Source: a virus (Duplodnaviria > Caudoviricetes). Taken from it: a DNA stretch of 61,433 nt. A program made the position numbers and the translations under genes. This document shows positions 16,462-32,190 of the stretch, in pieces. The stretch's first letter is position 1; every line of letters starts with the position of its first letter. Location of the stretch: positions 1 through 61,433 of IMG/VR virus record IMGVR_UViG_3300032307_000254; one strand, given 5' to 3'. Below the pieces are notes generated by a model, which saw only the letters and a program-made list of their open reading frames with translations, was not told where the DNA came from and ran no database searches.

Positions 16462-17385
16462 ATGAGCAACATCACCATCTTTGAAGAACCCTCCAACCTG
16501 CCCACCGTGCGCCGCGAGTCGCGCCGCATGGACCGTATGTCCACCGGCAGCGGTAGCTCTATGCGCCGCATCCAGCTTAGCAACGGACGTACATTCAAGC
16601 GCATCGTGGGCGGCGAGCAGATCGGTAAGGCTGCCCCCAACCAGCTGGACGTCATCATTGTTGACTGGCTGGCAGAGCCGAGCCGCAAGTTCTACGCTGG
16701 TGCCTACGACCCCAGTGCCAAGGCTACGCTGCCCGACTGCTGGTCGAATGACGGCGTCGCACCGGAAGCGGGTGCCAAGAACAAGCAGCACAGCTCCTGC
16801 GCTGCGTGCCCCAAGAACGTCAAGGGTTCGGCTCCGGGCAACAAGAAGGCTTGCCGCTATGAGCGCCGCATCGCAGTCCTCGTCGTTGGCGACCCCAGCG
16901 GTGACGTCTACCAGATCGCCATCCCGGCTGCGTCGTTGTTCAGCGACAATGATGGGAACGTCTATGGCTTCGAGGGCTACAAGAAGTTCCTCCTCGCCAG
17001 CAACGAAGCGCTGGACACGGTCGTGACCCGCATCATCTACGACGAAGACGCCGACACCATCAAGGTGGGGTTCAAGCCTATCCGCCACCTGACCGAGGTA
17101 GAAGCCGGACTTGTGGACGCCGCGCAGGATGACCCCGAGACCGAGCGGTATACCAAGCTGACCGTGGGGGCCGTGGATGGTGCCAAGGCTCCTGCCGCCC
17201 AGAAGCCGCTGGCCATCGAGGCTGCTCCTGCTGCCGCACCGGCCAACCCGTTCGGTGATGACGATGAGGAAGAGGTGGAAGCCACCCCGGTCAAGCGGGC
17301 CGCTAAGCCCAAGGCGACTGCCGAGGTGAAGCCGGAACTGGCTTCGGTCCTCAGCGAATGGCTTGATAACGAGGATGAGGACTGA
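16462..17385 (+). CDS. putative single-stranded DNA-binding/annealing protein
   Basis: Position in replication module; Cys cluster (PDCWS, CAACP, C); low-complexity linker and acidic tail WLDNEDED. Confidence 0.6.
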   Translation: MSNITIFEEPSNLPTVRRESRRMDRMSTGSGSSMRRIQLSNGRTFKRIVGGEQIGKAAPNQLDVIIVDWLAEPSRKFYAGAYDPSAKATLPDCWSNDGVAPEAGAKNKQHSSCAACPKNVKGSAPGNKKACRYERRIAVLVVGDPSGDVYQIAIPAASLFSDNDGNVYGFEGYKKFLLASNEALDTVVTRIIYDEDADTIKVGFKPIRHLTEVEAGLVDAAQDDPETERYTKLTVGAVDGAKAPAAQKPLAIEAAPAAAPANPFGDDDEEEVEATPVKRAAKPKATAEVKPELASVLSEWLDNEDED

Positions 17386-17387
17386 GT

Positions 17388-17615
17388 ATGCGCGGCTACA
17401 GTATCCGGGTAGCCGAGGCTGTTAAGGGGGCCGACGGTAACCTTCTTGGGGTGCAACTCGGGCGAGCGTGTCTCGCCCGGGACATCCCGGTCTCCAAAAT
17501 CTCGGAGACCTTTGGGGTCACACGTCAAACGGTGTATAGCTGGTTCCTTGGGGTGAGGGAGCCAAGGGGTAAAACCTGCGATGCAATCCGGGCCTACCTG
17601 ACTACCCTCGACTGA
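17388..17615 (+). CDS. XRE/Cro-like HTH regulator
   Basis: VSKISETFGVTRQTVYSWF. Confidence 0.75.
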   Translation: MRGYSIRVAEAVKGADGNLLGVQLGRACLARDIPVSKISETFGVTRQTVYSWFLGVREPRGKTCDAIRAYLTTLD

Positions 17616-17670
17616 GGCTTTCGCAAAAAATAGATAATGAGCGGGGTTTCCCGCATTGGTGAGTGATGTG

Positions 17671-20514
17671 ATGCAACAACCTGACCTCTTGACCCTAGTG
17701 CAGCCAGCGGAAGGCTGGTTCGCCATCACGGGTATCAAGGGTACGGGAAAGAGCGCCGACGTTCGTCAGGAGCTTGTGGCTACGCGAGAAGAGGCAGATG
17801 CCCTCATCGAGCAGTACGTCCGAGCGGGGCGCAACGTGTTCTTCGGGGTGGCGAAGTACAGGACGGGGGATAACCGCAAGAAGGAGAACGTCCTTGGTCT
17901 CAAGGCGTTCTGGCTCGATGTGGACTGCGGCCCGAGCAAGGCCGAACCCAATCCGAAGACTGGCCGACCCGATGGCTACGTGGACCAGAAGGCGGGGCTG
18001 CGCGCCCTGATGACCTTCTGCAAAACCGTCGGTCTCCCTCCCCCTACCCTAGTAAGCTCTGGCGGTGGCATCCATGCCTACTGGCCGTTGGAGCAGGAAG
18101 TCTCCCGGCGCGACTGGGAGGCCGTGGCTGAGCGTTTCAAAGACGTGTGCCGCGCCCAGAACTTCTACGTCGATAACGCTGTGTTCGAAGTGGCGCGCAT
18201 CCTGCGCGTCCCCGGCACGTTCAACTTCAAGGAAGAAGAGCCACGCCCGGTCGAGTTTCTCCATGTTGGGGACGTGACGACCATTGAGGAGATGCGCTCA
18301 GTCCTTGGGGTCAAGAAGCAGTCGTCGATCTTTGACGACAACTTCGAGATGACCCCGCGCCAGAAGGCGATGATGAGCGGGGTGGGCTACAACTTCAAGC
18401 GCATCATGACCCGCACCGCCAAGGGGGACGGCTGTAACCAGCTCCTACACGCGTACACCAACCGGGCCAGCATCAGCTACTACGAGTGGTTCTATGCGCT
18501 CTCGGTGGCTGCCATGTGCGAGGACGCCGACACAGCGGTGCACATGATGTCTAATGGCCATCCGGACTACGACCCGGAGACCGTGGACAAGAAGGTAGCC
18601 ACCATCCGGAAGGCGACTAGCTGCGCCAAGTTCCGCAGCGTGGACCCCAGCCTGTGCGATGGCTGCCCCCACTTCGACAAGATCGTGGGACCCAAGGAGC
18701 TGGGTAAGGTGGTCAAGGAGTCCAGCGAGGACTTCCTCAAGGTCGAGGTCGAGCCGGGTGTGGTCGAGCACATCGACATCCCCAAGTTCCCCTTCCCCTT
18801 CTACCGGGGCGAGGATGGCGGCGTGTGGCGCAAGGGCGCGAAGATGGAGAACGGCGAAGAGGCGGAGCCCATCATGGTCTACGCCAACGACTTCTACATC
18901 GTGAAGCGGATGTACGACCCGAATGACGGGGACTCAGCGTTTATGCGGGTGCATCTACCACAGGATGGCATCCGTGAATTCTCGGTTCCCATGTCGAAGG
19001 TCACCCAGAAGGATGAGCTTCGGAAGCTGCTCTCCGCCAACGGGGTCTACAGCTACGGCAAGAAGTTCGAGATTTTGATGGATTACGTCTTCAAGTCAGC
19101 AGAGCAACTACAGGACAAGCAGAAGGCAGAGATCATGAGACAGCAGTTTGGCTGGGTGGACGGCAACAGCCGGTTCGTCCTTGGCGATCAGGAAATCACC
19201 GTCGAAGGTAACATCTACTCCCCTCCCTCTAAGGCCACCAGCAAGCTGGCCAAATTCATCGGCCCCAAGGGGTCCCTCGACAACTGGAAGGAAGTGTGGA
19301 GCCTGTTCGGGCAAGAGGGCATGGAAGCACAGGCGTTCGCTGCGCTCAGCGCGTTCGGCTCGCCGCTGCTCAAGTTCTTCAACCAGACCGGGGCCATCAT
19401 CAACCTGTTCAACCCGCGCTCCGGCACGGGCAAGACCACCATCCTCAATATGGTCAACAGCGTCTACGGGCACCCGAAGGAGCTGCGCCTCAAAGAGATG
19501 GACACCATGAACGGGCGGCTCCAGTGGGTCGGCGTCTTGAACAATCTGCCCCCCACCATGGACGAGCTCACCAACGCTTCCCCGCAGGAATATTCAGACC
19601 TCCTCTACATCTTGGCCAACGGCAAGGGGAAGGAGCGCATGATGGCGGGCTCCAACGAGCTGCGCGAGAACAACACCACGTGGCAGAGCATCACGGTCTC
19701 GACCTCGAACGCGTCGTTCGCTGAGAAGCTGTCGGTGCTGAAGAACAATCCTGAGGGCGAGCTGATGCGCCTGATCGAGTACCCCATCGGGCTCGTGGAC
19801 GCGATCAATACGGCCCATGCCAAACACCTGTTCGATCAGGTCCTGTTCTCCAACTATGGGCACGCGGGGCCGATCTACATCCGCCACCTGCTCAACCATC
19901 TGGAGTACGCTGAGGCGCAGTGCCTTGCCATGCAAGCCAAGATCGACCGGGAGCTGGACCTTCTACCCAAGGAGCGGTTCTGGTCGGCCACGGTTGCTTC
20001 CAACCTTCAGGGTGGCCTCTTCGCCAAGCAGTGCGAGCTGATTGATTGGGATATGGCGCGCATCTACAACTGGTCGTGCGGGCTGATCGAACGGCTGCGG
20101 GTCGAGACGGAAGCGCCCCTTGATGGTCCGGAGCAGGTCATCGGTGACTACCTCTATCGGCATATGCAGAACATCCTCGTCGTCAATGACGAGGTGGACC
20201 GGCGCACCAACCTGCCTTCGGCTCCTGTGCGCGAACCAAAGGGTGAGTTGCTCATCCGCATCGAGCCGGACACGAAGCTGATGTTCGTGATCGCCAAGCA
20301 GTTCAAGGAGTACTGCGTCAAGTTCCAGATCAACTACGGCCAGACCCTCGACCGGCTGGAGAAGCAGGGGCGTCTGGTGAGGCGCGGGGGCAAGCGTCTC
20401 TCCAAGGGTATGTCGGTCTCGGGGGACAACATCCACTGCCTCTGGTTCAAGCTGGACGAGGATTTCGTGGACGTCGAGAACTACACCAAGGAAGCGCCCG
20501 CCGATGATGCTTGA
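17671..20514 (+). CDS. primase-helicase fusion (N-terminal primase, DUF927-like region, P-loop NTPase); start uncertain (17656-17671)
   Basis: WLDVD and SGGGIHAYW primase motifs, RILRVPGT; Cys cluster; SGTGKTT Walker A, MDE Walker B. Confidence 0.85.
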   Translation: MQQPDLLTLVQPAEGWFAITGIKGTGKSADVRQELVATREEADALIEQYVRAGRNVFFGVAKYRTGDNRKKENVLGLKAFWLDVDCGPSKAEPNPKTGRPDGYVDQKAGLRALMTFCKTVGLPPPTLVSSGGGIHAYWPLEQEVSRRDWEAVAERFKDVCRAQNFYVDNAVFEVARILRVPGTFNFKEEEPRPVEFLHVGDVTTIEEMRSVLGVKKQSSIFDDNFEMTPRQKAMMSGVGYNFKRIMTRTAKGDGCNQLLHAYTNRASISYYEWFYALSVAAMCEDADTAVHMMSNGHPDYDPETVDKKVATIRKATSCAKFRSVDPSLCDGCPHFDKIVGPKELGKVVKESSEDFLKVEVEPGVVEHIDIPKFPFPFYRGEDGGVWRKGAKMENGEEAEPIMVYANDFYIVKRMYDPNDGDSAFMRVHLPQDGIREFSVPMSKVTQKDELRKLLSANGVYSYGKKFEILMDYVFKSAEQLQDKQKAEIMRQQFGWVDGNSRFVLGDQEITVEGNIYSPPSKATSKLAKFIGPKGSLDNWKEVWSLFGQEGMEAQAFAALSAFGSPLLKFFNQTGAIINLFNPRSGTGKTTILNMVNSVYGHPKELRLKEMDTMNGRLQWVGVLNNLPPTMDELTNASPQEYSDLLYILANGKGKERMMAGSNELRENNTTWQSITVSTSNASFAEKLSVLKNNPEGELMRLIEYPIGLVDAINTAHAKHLFDQVLFSNYGHAGPIYIRHLLNHLEYAEAQCLAMQAKIDRELDLLPKERFWSATVASNLQGGLFAKQCELIDWDMARIYNWSCGLIERLRVETEAPLDGPEQVIGDYLYRHMQNILVVNDEVDRRTNLPSAPVREPKGELLIRIEPDTKLMFVIAKQFKEYCVKFQINYGQTLDRLEKQGRLVRRGGKRLSKGMSVSGDNIHCLWFKLDEDFVDVENYTKEAPADDA

Positions 20515-20698
20515 GGGCGTTATCTATGACGTCAACTGGCGGGCCTTCAAAAAGGGCACATCGCTCTTCTTCCCCTGCCTCGATCAGGACCGGGCCAAAA
20601 CACAACTTATGGTGGTTGTGGGGCGGCTGCGCCTCAAGGTCTTGGTCAAATATGTCATAGAAGATGGCATAAGGGGTTTACGGGTCTGGCGAATCTGA
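20504..20698 (+). CDS. small conserved protein, last gene of the early arm
   Basis: Overlaps primase stop; SLFFPC...GLRVWR. Confidence 0.7.
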   Translation: MMLEGVIYDVNWRAFKKGTSLFFPCLDQDRAKTQLMVVVGRLRLKVLVKYVIEDGIRGLRVWRI

Positions 20699-20705
20699 CT
20701 ATACC
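20677..20705 (+). promoter_or_regulatory. putative promoter of the small RNA
   Basis: TTTACG 20677-20682, 17 nt, TATACC 20700-20705. Confidence 0.5.
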
Positions 20706-20710
20706 CGCCC

Positions 20711-20786
20711 CCGGAAGTTTGCTCCTTCCACGATGTGCATCACATCCCTCCCAACCCCCGGCTGCCTCACTCAGCCGGGGGTTTTT
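20711..20786 (+). ncRNA. candidate antisense small RNA complementary to the shared early-gene RBS motif
   Basis: SL1 GGAAG-UUUGCUC-CUUCC (20713-20729), SL2 GAUGUG-CAU-CACAUC (20732-20746), CCUCCC linker, terminator hairpin; 20717-20727 is the reverse complement of AAGGAGCAAAC. Confidence 0.65.
20753..20786 (+). terminator. intrinsic terminator between the convergent arms
   Basis: AACCCCCGGCTG-cctcact-CAGCCGGGGGTT followed by a T-run. Confidence 0.85.
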
Positions 20787-20792
20787 CTATTC

Positions 20793-26936
<6,144 letters not shown>

Positions 26937-26952
26937 GGAGAAGCTCTACCAG

Positions 26953-28347
26953 TTATTCGCGGGGACGTACAGCACCAGCTGGGGGTGTAGGTATACCCAG
27001 ACGTGGGGTGGAGGAAACCCCGAACATGCGACTATAGACAGCACTACGGTTGGCTATGAAGTCATCTACAGTTCCGTTCCGGACCGCAGCCATGTACGGT
27101 AGTTCCTGCGCACCCCCCGGCGCAATTTCTTCGTTTATCAGGCCGATAATGGTGTTTGTTAGCGCCGTACGCTCACGCTCCAACCCGGCGGTCGCGGTGA
27201 TTCTTGCCGATCCCAAAGTGCCCGCAAGGCCCATACGGCCTAGTTCGCGGTCCGTAGCCATTTTCGCCAGCTCAAGCTCGCGCTGCTGCCTGAGAGTAAG
27301 CGACTGGAAGAGTGCGTTGAACGAACGGTCCTTCCGGGCTTCATCAAGGCTGTTGAAACTGTTCAGCATGTCGCGTGCTACAGCAAAGCGCTCTGCCCGC
27401 TCACGGTTGCCCGTGCGCTCTTCACCAAGGATCGACTCCCTCAGTTGGCGCTCTTCCGCACGACGCTCACGCGCAGCTGCGGCGGTGGTTGGTACGGCTT
27501 CACCCAGACCTGCACTAACGGCTTGGAGCAGCGAACCCGGGGTGGACGCCATGCGCGCACCGATCTGGCCCAGCATAGACCACATGTCTTCCTGCTGGCG
27601 TGCGCGCCGCGCCTCGGGGCTGAGCTGCTCTCGGAGAGAAGCGACATACTCTTCCGCCGCTGCCGTGTTGTACGGACTCAACTCATTCATCTGGCGCAGG
27701 TTAGAGCCTGCATCCGAGTAGTAGCCGCCAAGTTCGGTCATGTTCGGGAAATCTATACCCGGCGCAGCGATCACCTTAGGCTCGGGCGGCTCGGATTCGG
27801 CTGCTTTCCGGCCAGCAGCAATGGTGTCCCTGCTGGGGAACCCGGGTGCGGGGGCGGTTATCCCCTCCTCATCATCAACTCCGCCACCTGCCTGAAACGC
27901 AACAATACCACCAGCAGCGTAGCCACCGACATCGGGCTCGTTGAACATATCGTCAGGAAGCGGGAGCGTGGTGAGGCCACCAGCAGCCATACCCGGAACG
28001 CCCATCGGAGGCGCGGGCGGAGGCGGAGGTGCAGGCGGAGCCATCATCGGAGCGCCGCCCGGCATCGGGGGCATAGCTGCGGCTTGCGGAGTAGCACCAA
28101 GACCAGCGGGAGGCATCGCGCCCATCGGAGGCGCGGGCGGAGTAAAGACCTGCTGCGCAACCGTCTGCTGGGGAGCCGCCTCCTGCTGCTGCGCCATGCG
28201 CATCCGGTCGATGAACATACCCGCCATCGTACCCGCAGTCGGGTCGATGATCCCAAGCTGCATCGCCTCGGCAATGCGCTGCTTGTTACCGCCATAGTCC
28301 TTGGCGATCTGCTCCGGGGACTGGAGGCTATAGGGCTTGGTTTCCAT
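26953..28347 (-). CDS. putative internal virion protein
   Basis: Pro/Met-rich N-terminus with MAAGG/YAAGG/FQAGG motifs; helical C-terminus; position in ejection cluster. Confidence 0.6.
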   Translation of the reverse strand: METKPYSLQSPEQIAKDYGGNKQRIAEAMQLGIIDPTAGTMAGMFIDRMRMAQQQEAAPQQTVAQQVFTPPAPPMGAMPPAGLGATPQAAAMPPMPGGAPMMAPPAPPPPPAPPMGVPGMAAGGLTTLPLPDDMFNEPDVGGYAAGGIVAFQAGGGVDDEEGITAPAPGFPSRDTIAAGRKAAESEPPEPKVIAAPGIDFPNMTELGGYYSDAGSNLRQMNELSPYNTAAAEEYVASLREQLSPEARRARQQEDMWSMLGQIGARMASTPGSLLQAVSAGLGEAVPTTAAAARERRAEERQLRESILGEERTGNRERAERFAVARDMLNSFNSLDEARKDRSFNALFQSLTLRQQRELELAKMATDRELGRMGLAGTLGSARITATAGLERERTALTNTIIGLINEEIAPGGAQELPYMAAVRNGTVDDFIANRSAVYSRMFGVSSTPRLGIPTPPAGAVRPRE

Positions 28348-28353
28348 TGTAGC

Positions 28354-30147
28354 TTACCTTCCCCCCATCATATTGTAGATACTGGCGGCACTGAGGCCGC
28401 TACCAAGAAGCTGCTGCGCAATCCCCGGGGTCGGGGCATAGGTCGTCCTCGTCGTGTTCAGTTCGACCGGAACGCCACGAAGTAGGCTGCTGTACTGCTG
28501 GAGCATCTCCAGCGGGTAGTCGCGCTCGCGCAGGAAGTCCTGATACGCCATGTCGAGGAACTGCTGGTTAAGCGCTTGGTTCTGCGCTGCCGTCTGCTGC
28601 TGGAAGCCAAGGCGCGCAAGGTCCTGCTGCTGCCGCACTGCACCAAGATTGGCGAGGGTCTGTGCCGTCTGCCCTGCCTGCCCAAAGCCAGACAACGCCT
28701 GCTGCGCACCAAACTGGCGCGACTGCTCTCGCATACGCTGACGCTCAAGGTCCGCCTGCTGGTTGGCCCGGAGGGCTTCAAGGCCCGTCTGTGCCCCAAG
28801 GCGCTGCGTTTCAAGCGCAGCCTGAAGATTCTGCTGACCCGTGGTGAGCTGCGCCTGCTGGTTGGCCAGAGCTGCGCGCATCGCCTGCTCGGCACTGAGC
28901 CCCTGCGTCTGGAGCCGCGCTGCTAGGTTCTGCACATTGGCCTGCGAGGCGGCGTCGAGGTTTGCCAGAGCCAGCTGAGCGCCGGTCTGTGCCCCAAGCT
29001 GCTGCGCCTGCATACGCGCCTGAAGGTTGGCCTGCCCCCGCGTGACGTCCACACCCTGATTGGCCAAGGCAGCACGCATCGCCTGCTCGGCGTTCATGCC
29101 CTGAGCTTGGAACTGCATCGCTTGGTTGTTGACCCGAGCCTGCTGCTCGTTCGACAGGTTCGCCAGTGCCGACTGGAGACCCGTCTGGGTGCCAAGCTGC
29201 TGCTGCCGAAGCGCAGCTTCGAGGTTCTGCTGACCAGCGGTCATACCCGCTGCGCGGTCGCGTTCGAACTGGGCCTGTGCACTCTCGAAGGCGCTCTGCA
29301 TACCACGCGCCTGAATATCCCCGAGCTGCTGCCCAAGGTTACGCTCACGCTCCATGGAGGCTAGAAGCTGGCGGCTGCCGCCATAAGTCCCCTGCCGTGC
29401 GGCACCAAGGTCTTGGGCTACCTGACCGCGCCGTGCACTGGTGATCGCCTCGCGCATCTGCGGCTCAAGCGCCGCGCTGATAAACGGCGACATGTACTGC
29501 TGGGCTTCACGGACACCGAACTGCTGCGGTGCTGCCATGCGGAACTGCTCAAGCGGCTGCTCGCCATAAGAGGTGCGGGCTGCTTCCATCGTGGGGGCGA
29601 ATACGCCCTGTGCGCCAACGTCTCGGGCACCCTCCATCTGGAAGGCTTGAATGTCGGGGCGGAAGCCGGTCTGGGCAGCACCCATCTGGGGTGCGTCAAA
29701 CTGGCCGACCTGCACAAGCTCTGGACCGCCCATGCCAAGGTCACGAAGCTGCGGCATGCCGATCTGCTGTGCGCGGAACTGACCCGGGTTATATTGGCCA
29801 GCGGAGAGCGCCCCAAGTCCTGCCGTAGTAGCCAGATTCTGAGCAGTGTTAAACTCGCCCGGACCCCGAAGACCAAGAGCCTCACGCTGGACAGTCTGCT
29901 GCTCGGGAGTAAAATCAGCAATACGCTGCGCGCTAACAGGCTGGCCGGTAGTGGGGTCAACCGCCTTCTCAACTACGCCCGTTGTAGGGTTCTGGGTGTA
30001 CCCATAGGGGATATAGGGCTTCGTAAGAGCGCCCTGCGCCCGCTGCATCATCCCTTCGAAATACGGACGTGCGTATTCCGGGATGTTAGACTGGCTAACC
30101 TCAGACCGTTCGACTCTGTTGCCGCCGCCGCCGCCGCCTTTAGCCAT
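28354..30147 (-). CDS. Gln/Ala-rich internal virion (DNA pilot/ejection-like) protein
   Basis: Repeated AEQAMRAALANQ / QNLQA units; YMSPF motif; hydrophobic C-terminus. Confidence 0.65.
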   Translation of the reverse strand: MAKGGGGGGNRVERSEVSQSNIPEYARPYFEGMMQRAQGALTKPYIPYGYTQNPTTGVVEKAVDPTTGQPVSAQRIADFTPEQQTVQREALGLRGPGEFNTAQNLATTAGLGALSAGQYNPGQFRAQQIGMPQLRDLGMGGPELVQVGQFDAPQMGAAQTGFRPDIQAFQMEGARDVGAQGVFAPTMEAARTSYGEQPLEQFRMAAPQQFGVREAQQYMSPFISAALEPQMREAITSARRGQVAQDLGAARQGTYGGSRQLLASMERERNLGQQLGDIQARGMQSAFESAQAQFERDRAAGMTAGQQNLEAALRQQQLGTQTGLQSALANLSNEQQARVNNQAMQFQAQGMNAEQAMRAALANQGVDVTRGQANLQARMQAQQLGAQTGAQLALANLDAASQANVQNLAARLQTQGLSAEQAMRAALANQQAQLTTGQQNLQAALETQRLGAQTGLEALRANQQADLERQRMREQSRQFGAQQALSGFGQAGQTAQTLANLGAVRQQQDLARLGFQQQTAAQNQALNQQFLDMAYQDFLRERDYPLEMLQQYSSLLRGVPVELNTTRTTYAPTPGIAQQLLGSGLSAASIYNMMGGR

Positions 30148-30583
30148 TTTGATCTCCGTCGCCCGCTTCGCCTACGGGAATTTCAAACACCTGCCACAAT
30201 AGCTGGTAGCCGTCATCACGAAAAGCACGCGCAAGGCCCGGACGACCGGAACCTTCAAGCGCATCACAACCCGAGTCACGCGCCCACCTGCGCAGCGTGG
30301 TGAGCATAAGCTCCCTCCACGCAAACCCGTCATCCCCAGCGAGGAACACCATGTCGAGGCACCGCTTGCGTGGGTACTCCCAGAAGCGCGTGACCGTAAT
30401 ACCGCTAATCGCTCCGCTTTCTTCCAGAACCACCCACAGGTGGGCATCGCCGTTAAGGGCTGCCTCTAAGATGTCCTCGGGTTCGTAGCGCCCGAAGGTG
30501 TACTCGGCTGCCTTGGACAGATACGGGAACAGCTGCGGCCACAGACCGTCAATCATATTTGGAGGGACGAGGCTGACTTCCAT
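30140..30583 (-). CDS. GNAT-fold-like virion assembly protein
   Basis: LWVV...YPRKRCL...GCDALEGSGRPG; position between tail and ejection genes as in podoviruses. Confidence 0.55.
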   Translation of the reverse strand: MEVSLVPPNMIDGLWPQLFPYLSKAAEYTFGRYEPEDILEAALNGDAHLWVVLEESGAISGITVTRFWEYPRKRCLDMVFLAGDDGFAWRELMLTTLRRWARDSGCDALEGSGRPGLARAFRDDGYQLLWQVFEIPVGEAGDGDQNG

Positions 30584-32181
30584 TAGGCCAGACCCCGGCG
30601 CACGTTGGTGTTCTTACCACGGGCCGACTTCCGGCGCGCTTTGTGCGCCCGCTCCATGAGGGAGTAGAGCCTTTCGGCCCCGCGCTTCTCGTTGCCGCGC
30701 CCTACGCGCCGGACAGCTTCGGGAGAGAAGACCACTTCATCGCGGGCCACACGAGCGGGCTGGTCACGCCCAATCCGAGCGGGGACAGAGTCGCTCACCC
30801 CATCACCCGGACCCCGGACTGGACGCCCCCCGAGACGACTTAGAATTTCATGCCCAGCGTTGCTGCTGCCGTTGCCCAGCTCGGAGACGGTGCGCGCATC
30901 GACGACAAAGGCCCCATCCGCGAGGTGGACCTCACCGCCCTCAGCGTAGCCCGGCTGCATAGTGGGGTCGAGACCCATATACGGCATCCCCGTGGCCTGC
31001 TCTTCTTCCTCCTGCGGGAGGCCCATGTAGGGGACAACACGCTGGATATACATTGGCTGCCCGCGACGAGCGCGAGGGTTGAGCACGTTCTGGACGATGG
31101 GCGTACCGCGTGGGGTGCTGGAGCCCGGCTGCACAAGTTCGCCGCGCACGTTAAGAACCCCCGGCTGCGAATTCGGGAAATACAGGTGCGCCGAGGAGTC
31201 CCGCGACACGATGGGCGACACGCTCCGGTAAGACGCCGGGCGAGCCTCATAAGTGTACGGACCGGCGTAGGAGTTGTCGATTGCCCCTTGATCACCGGTG
31301 CCCATACCTGACGGAGTAGTAGCTTCGCTTAGTGCGTTCAGGACGCCAAGGCCCGCCACCGTGGGCGCGTGCCTAGAGAGCATCCCCTTGGGGAGACCGG
31401 CCCGCGCAGCCTGACCGAACCTACTAAAGAAACCACCTTGAGTAGCGGTAGTAGCCGCAGGGGCAGCGGCAGTAGCCGAAGCACCCGGAAGGGGCGCGAG
31501 ATTAGCTGGCAGTGCGGGTGGAGGAGCAGCAATAAGCGGAGGCGGCGCAAAGGCAGAAGTCGGGGCACCCGGAAGGGGAGCGAGATTGGCGGGCAGCGCA
31601 GCAGTGGGGGCGGCAGCCGCAGCCCCGGCACCCATGTTGGCACCGAGAATACCCGGCTTGCTGCTCAGCGCCCCAAACGCGTTCTTGGAGAGCGCGCCAC
31701 CCAGACCCGCAGCGCCCGCAAGCGAAGCGCCGCCAAAGGCACCGAGACCGGCCATGAGACCTTTTCGTAGGTTACCGGTGACGGCAGTGGAACCCGCAGC
31801 GACGAGGCCAGCAGCCAGAGGAGCACCGATGCCAGTCGCCGTCAGGGCTGCACCTAGCAGTGTCGGGAGTAGCTTCTTCAGGAAGCCTGCTTCGGGGAGA
31901 CCCGTGTCCGGGTTGATGGTGAGCGAGCCGCCCGCTGCCATAGCCAGCCCCTGAAGGCTGTTGACCTCGTTTGGGGTCATGTGGACGAGCATGGTGTCTT
32001 CGCCGCGCCCCATGCTGCGGAGCTGCTCCGCCATCGGGTTGGCAAGAACGGAAAGGCCCCCCTGTGCCGGGAGGCCACCAGTCGTACCGGGCACCGGAGT
32101 ACCAAGCACAGGAGCGTTGCCACCGGGGGCTTGGGTCGCACCCATAGCCTCAAAGGGGGACGGAGTTGCCTCTACGTTCAT
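30583..32181 (-). CDS. putative internal virion protein
   Basis: GRGEDTMLVHM, TINPDTGLPEA and GPGDGVSDSVPA motifs; hydrophobic Gly/Ala segments. Confidence 0.65.
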   Translation of the reverse strand: MNVEATPSPFEAMGATQAPGGNAPVLGTPVPGTTGGLPAQGGLSVLANPMAEQLRSMGRGEDTMLVHMTPNEVNSLQGLAMAAGGSLTINPDTGLPEAGFLKKLLPTLLGAALTATGIGAPLAAGLVAAGSTAVTGNLRKGLMAGLGAFGGASLAGAAGLGGALSKNAFGALSSKPGILGANMGAGAAAAAPTAALPANLAPLPGAPTSAFAPPPLIAAPPPALPANLAPLPGASATAAAPAATTATQGGFFSRFGQAARAGLPKGMLSRHAPTVAGLGVLNALSEATTPSGMGTGDQGAIDNSYAGPYTYEARPASYRSVSPIVSRDSSAHLYFPNSQPGVLNVRGELVQPGSSTPRGTPIVQNVLNPRARRGQPMYIQRVVPYMGLPQEEEEQATGMPYMGLDPTMQPGYAEGGEVHLADGAFVVDARTVSELGNGSSNAGHEILSRLGGRPVRGPGDGVSDSVPARIGRDQPARVARDEVVFSPEAVRRVGRGNEKRGAERLYSLMERAHKARRKSARGKNTNVRRGLA

Positions 32182-32190
32182 CGGGGATTC

